Assembly: GCA_965645245.1 (NCBI GenBank)
Contig: OZ287082.1
Location: forward strand, 124,001 to 188,000
DNA from: Massalongia carnosa
Lineage: Eukaryota
DNA length: 64,000 nucleotides
Reading direction: 5' to 3'
In this document: one piece after another, positions 60,915 to 64,000 of the stretch
Numbering within the stretch: the stretch's first letter is position 1
Layout: every line of letters starts with the position of its first letter
Position numbers and translations under genes: made by a program
The notes under the pieces: model-generated
What the model was told of the DNA's origin: nothing
The model's input: only the letters and a program-made list of their open reading frames with translations
Database searches by the model: none

Positions 60915-61616
60915 TGTAAAGCGGATTTCATGACTTTTTCGTTGACGGGGGCTGCAAATCATTTGATTCGCGTAAGGGATCAATGGGAAAATAGAGCTCG
61001 CGCTGAAAAAGCTAGCTTTCTTACTACTAGCACGGCCGAATGCCAGGAATGCCCTCATCTACGAAAATTTCCCTTTCCAGTGCAAAAGCTTATAGTTGAT
61101 CAATGGAAGCTAGCTGCTAAAAGCCTAGCAGACGGTGAAGCACCGGCAGGTGAAATGCCAGATGAGCTGACATGTCCTGTAGATTGTTTATTTTATCGAC
61201 AATATCAACTTCCATGCAGGCATCTATGGCATTATCACATCGTTTTTGAGATGTTTCAGGAGTCCGATTGGTTGGCTTGGGCCGAGATGTTTGAAGATAG
61301 CGGCTTTGAGATGTATGAAACGTTGGCTAGACTGAATATTGAACGTCACGAAGATATCGAGGAACCTGATCGTCATATGCTGCAGATGAGGGAGGTTTTA
61401 GACACTATAAAAGAGAAATTCTACGAGGTTATGGAGCACACCGCTGATTGGACAGCTGAGGAAAGAAATCCTCAAATAGAGAGATGGCTTGGCTGGCTGG
61501 AGAAATTGACTGGCCCAATCAGAAGACAGGGGGTGGAGGAGGCCTTGCAAGAGCTGAAAGATGAGGCGGCGACGGGGGGATTTTGGATGCGGCGACGAGA
61601 TGAAAATGATGACTAA
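60915..61616 (+). pseudogene. C-terminal fragment of a SWIM-finger (MULE-type) transposase-like protein
   Basis: CPVDCLFYRQYQLPCRHLWH fits a SWIM-like CxxxC..CxH; three ~30-bp repeats follow at 61618-61702, possibly subterminal. Confidence 0.6.
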
Positions 61617-62259
61617 GGGGGGGATTTTCTATGTTGGCGCCGGGGGGAATTTTTCTATGTTGGCGCCGGGGGAAATTTTTTATGCTGGCACCGGGGGGGT
61701 TTTCTCATCTAAGCAGCGAGAAATTTACTATACTTATGTGGGGTTGAATAGTGTATGTTCATTGAACATAAGCCAAGTTCATTGAACATAAGCCAGGTGA
61801 TGTAAGTAAGCAAATGGGGCTGACTAATGGTGCTGCGGGAGCTACGTTGTATGAAAAATAGAAAACGTCTGAGGTATAGAAGCTCCCCACTAATCGCGCT
61901 TCGCACGTGCACGGCTCTGGAAGGCAATTGCCGGACAAGCTGGGCAGCAATTGGGTTGACGCAATCAAGCTCATCTGGTTCCTTGGAAGATCGTTGGGAA
62001 GAAATAGCTGGCGACAAGGTGCCTTCCCGTGATGAGTTTCCTGGTCATGGTCCGAGAAATCGTAGACTTGCCTGTGCCAGCCTTGCTCTATAGCCAGAAT
62101 ATGCATTCTCCTTCTGTACCGGTGGCCCATTCCTTAATCCTCTGGAGGAGTTTAACGCGGGTGCCACGATGACATTCTGTTCCCGCTCCTTGGATTCCTG
62201 CTCCTCGGATTCCATGCAGTCTGGGTCGAATACAGCGCGTTCTAGAGGTTTTAATTTCT

Positions 62260-62611
62260 CCGCCGTCAAGACGACAACAATGTAGACAGTTGCAGCGGTC
62301 AACTAGGCAATGTTATCCTGAATGAAGCTACCGTACTGGCTCCAGTGTGACATATACCCGCCCAGGAATAGTGACTGCCGCGAGAAACGATATATCAAGT
62401 TCAAACGGTGCAAACGGAGCTCTCCGTACTTGAATCGTTCATCGATTTGAGAATAGAAGTTCCCGTCCTCAGTGCCGAGCTGCTCTGCTAGGGTCACCCA
62501 CGCAGTCCACTTCATGTCTTTTGAAAGCAAGTTTTTCTCCTGCGCAATCTTGAAATCGCTCTCATATGCGATGAGGGAGGCATAAGAGAATAGGAAGCCA
62601 AGCCGAATCAC
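62260..62611 (-). pseudogene. Fragment of a conserved fungal hypothetical membrane protein (DUF6601-like)
   Basis: GFLFSYASLIAYESDFKIA and RFKYGELRLHRLNLIYR, an in-frame TAG, then TAATVYIVVVLTA. The family is recognised from memory only. Confidence 0.55.
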
Positions 62612-64000
62612 ATCCTACTAGATCTCACACCTCGTTCCCACCAAGTTCAATCATGCCCTTCGAAAGCCGCTGCTAGGGCAGCCGATCCTCGGAGCTCCCA
62701 AAGCATCATGACTGTCTCCATGCCAAAGCCGTGAGTCACTGTGATTCCTACCTTCTCTTCAGCGGTAGTCGCACAGAGTAGTCGAGCAGTAAAAGCTAAG
62801 CATCTGCGACACAGTTGCTGGCTTAGCACAAGCTATGAGAGTATGTCAGAAAAGAGCGTAGCAATCAAAGATGGAGGGAGAAAAAGAGAGACCGAGAGAG
62901 CACGGAAGCTAACGCGTATCTGCTATCCGCACTGTCTAAGCTTGTTTGTTCTAGTGAGGTATTACCATCATGGCTCAAGAAGTCTTTTGTTGGTTGTCTA
63001 TTATGCCTTTTAGGGCCCAACGCATCGATCACGACAAGTTCAATGACTTCCTTACGAGCAGCACAGATGGATATATTGCTGCTATGCGTACCTCTGAGTG
63101 CCCAGCCAACCCATCTTATGTCATTCGAGTTTTTAGGAAGATGAAATATTTTACCCTTGAGTCAAAACGCTATTTCACACCCATCGTTGCTGACGATAGA
63201 ACAATCGCCTTTCTGTCTGAACATTAATGAGTCCGACGTCATCAACCTCAACTTTGCGAAAGTCAACGCCTCCAACATTTTCGAGTGCATAGTCCATGAA
63301 CGCTTCTACGAGATCAACCTATACCAGAAGGACCCAGTCAATAAGCACCATTGGCGTGCAAACGTATGGGAGCATAGCCATCGAAATCAAGAAGGACATG
63401 ATGGCACGAAATCCGACGAATCCGAGAATTCCGACTCCGTTATTGATGCCCTCACTCAGATGCGGCTTTGATGATGACGACGATAGTGATGTCTATGGTG
63501 GAGATGACAGCGTAGAGTCTCCTACAGACTTACTGCCTGTAGCCTCGAAGATTGTGGTTATTGTGGACATTGCGATTATTAGCCTCTTGTACTTCTCTTG
63601 TAGGTTGTCATCGATCATGGTCTAGTTGTGACAGAAGTTAATATGAAGCCTACAACACATTAAGATGATGCTCAGGATAGAAAATAAGTGCTAGACCTCA
63701 CTATCTCCTAAAAATTCGTGGAAATACACTTTCGTTGCTGTGGCCTGTGACATTAACAATGCTGTGGAAAAGACGGTGCTGTGAGACTGACGGTGCTGTA
63801 AAATTGACGGTGCTATAACGGAGCTGGTGCTGTGAAGCTGACGGTGCTGTTGACCTGACAGTGCTGAGAGAGCTACAGCGCTGCAAAGGAATCAGTGTTG
63901 TAATATGAAACGCAAGTCAGGATAATGAGGTCATCCAGAAGTCAAACGCACAGCTCGTGCTCAGGAATGCCATCAAAAGAGTATAGTCCAGAACGCAGGC

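Noticed and set aside
1..64000. Starship or other giant element carrying the NLR pair
   Set aside because: No tyrosine-recombinase captain or boundary seen in the window; cannot be excluded beyond it.
62647..64000. Short ORFs and GACGGTGCTGT repeats near the window end
   Set aside because: No recognisable motif or gene model that I can support.

Overview
This is fungal (filamentous ascomycete-type) genomic DNA with GT-AG introns and CTRAC branch points, and most of it is nested transposable elements. There is one 200-N gap (14035-14234). In order: a degenerate Copia (1-~3956); a piggyBac-like DNA transposon (3963-12085) split by an intact chromodomain Gypsy (5469-11418); pogo/Fot1 elements (13707-17325, ~20930-23100, 29212-37580); a two-ORF Harbinger/PHIS element (28084-40844) holding nested pogo, Gypsy (31563-37329) and solo LTRs; a solo-LTR graveyard with a MULE (44638-47578); a Copia 5' end carrying a 50-bp hairpin tandem array; and a long-TIR Tc1-type element (52124-60912) with a second, unknown 728-aa gene split by a near-intact Copia (55539-60618). 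The clearest host genes are a divergent pair of immunity-type genes: HeLo-like/ankyrin (20397-18021, minus) and an alpha/beta-hydrolase(SesB-like)-NACHT-ankyrin NLR (23304-27799) with near-identical repeats that vary at a few positions. Leading candidates for something undescribed: the two-gene Tc1 element, the head-to-head NLR/HeLo-like pair, a piggyBac-like element lacking the TTAA target site, and a CpC-biased mutation signature. All calls come from manual reading; no database search was run.
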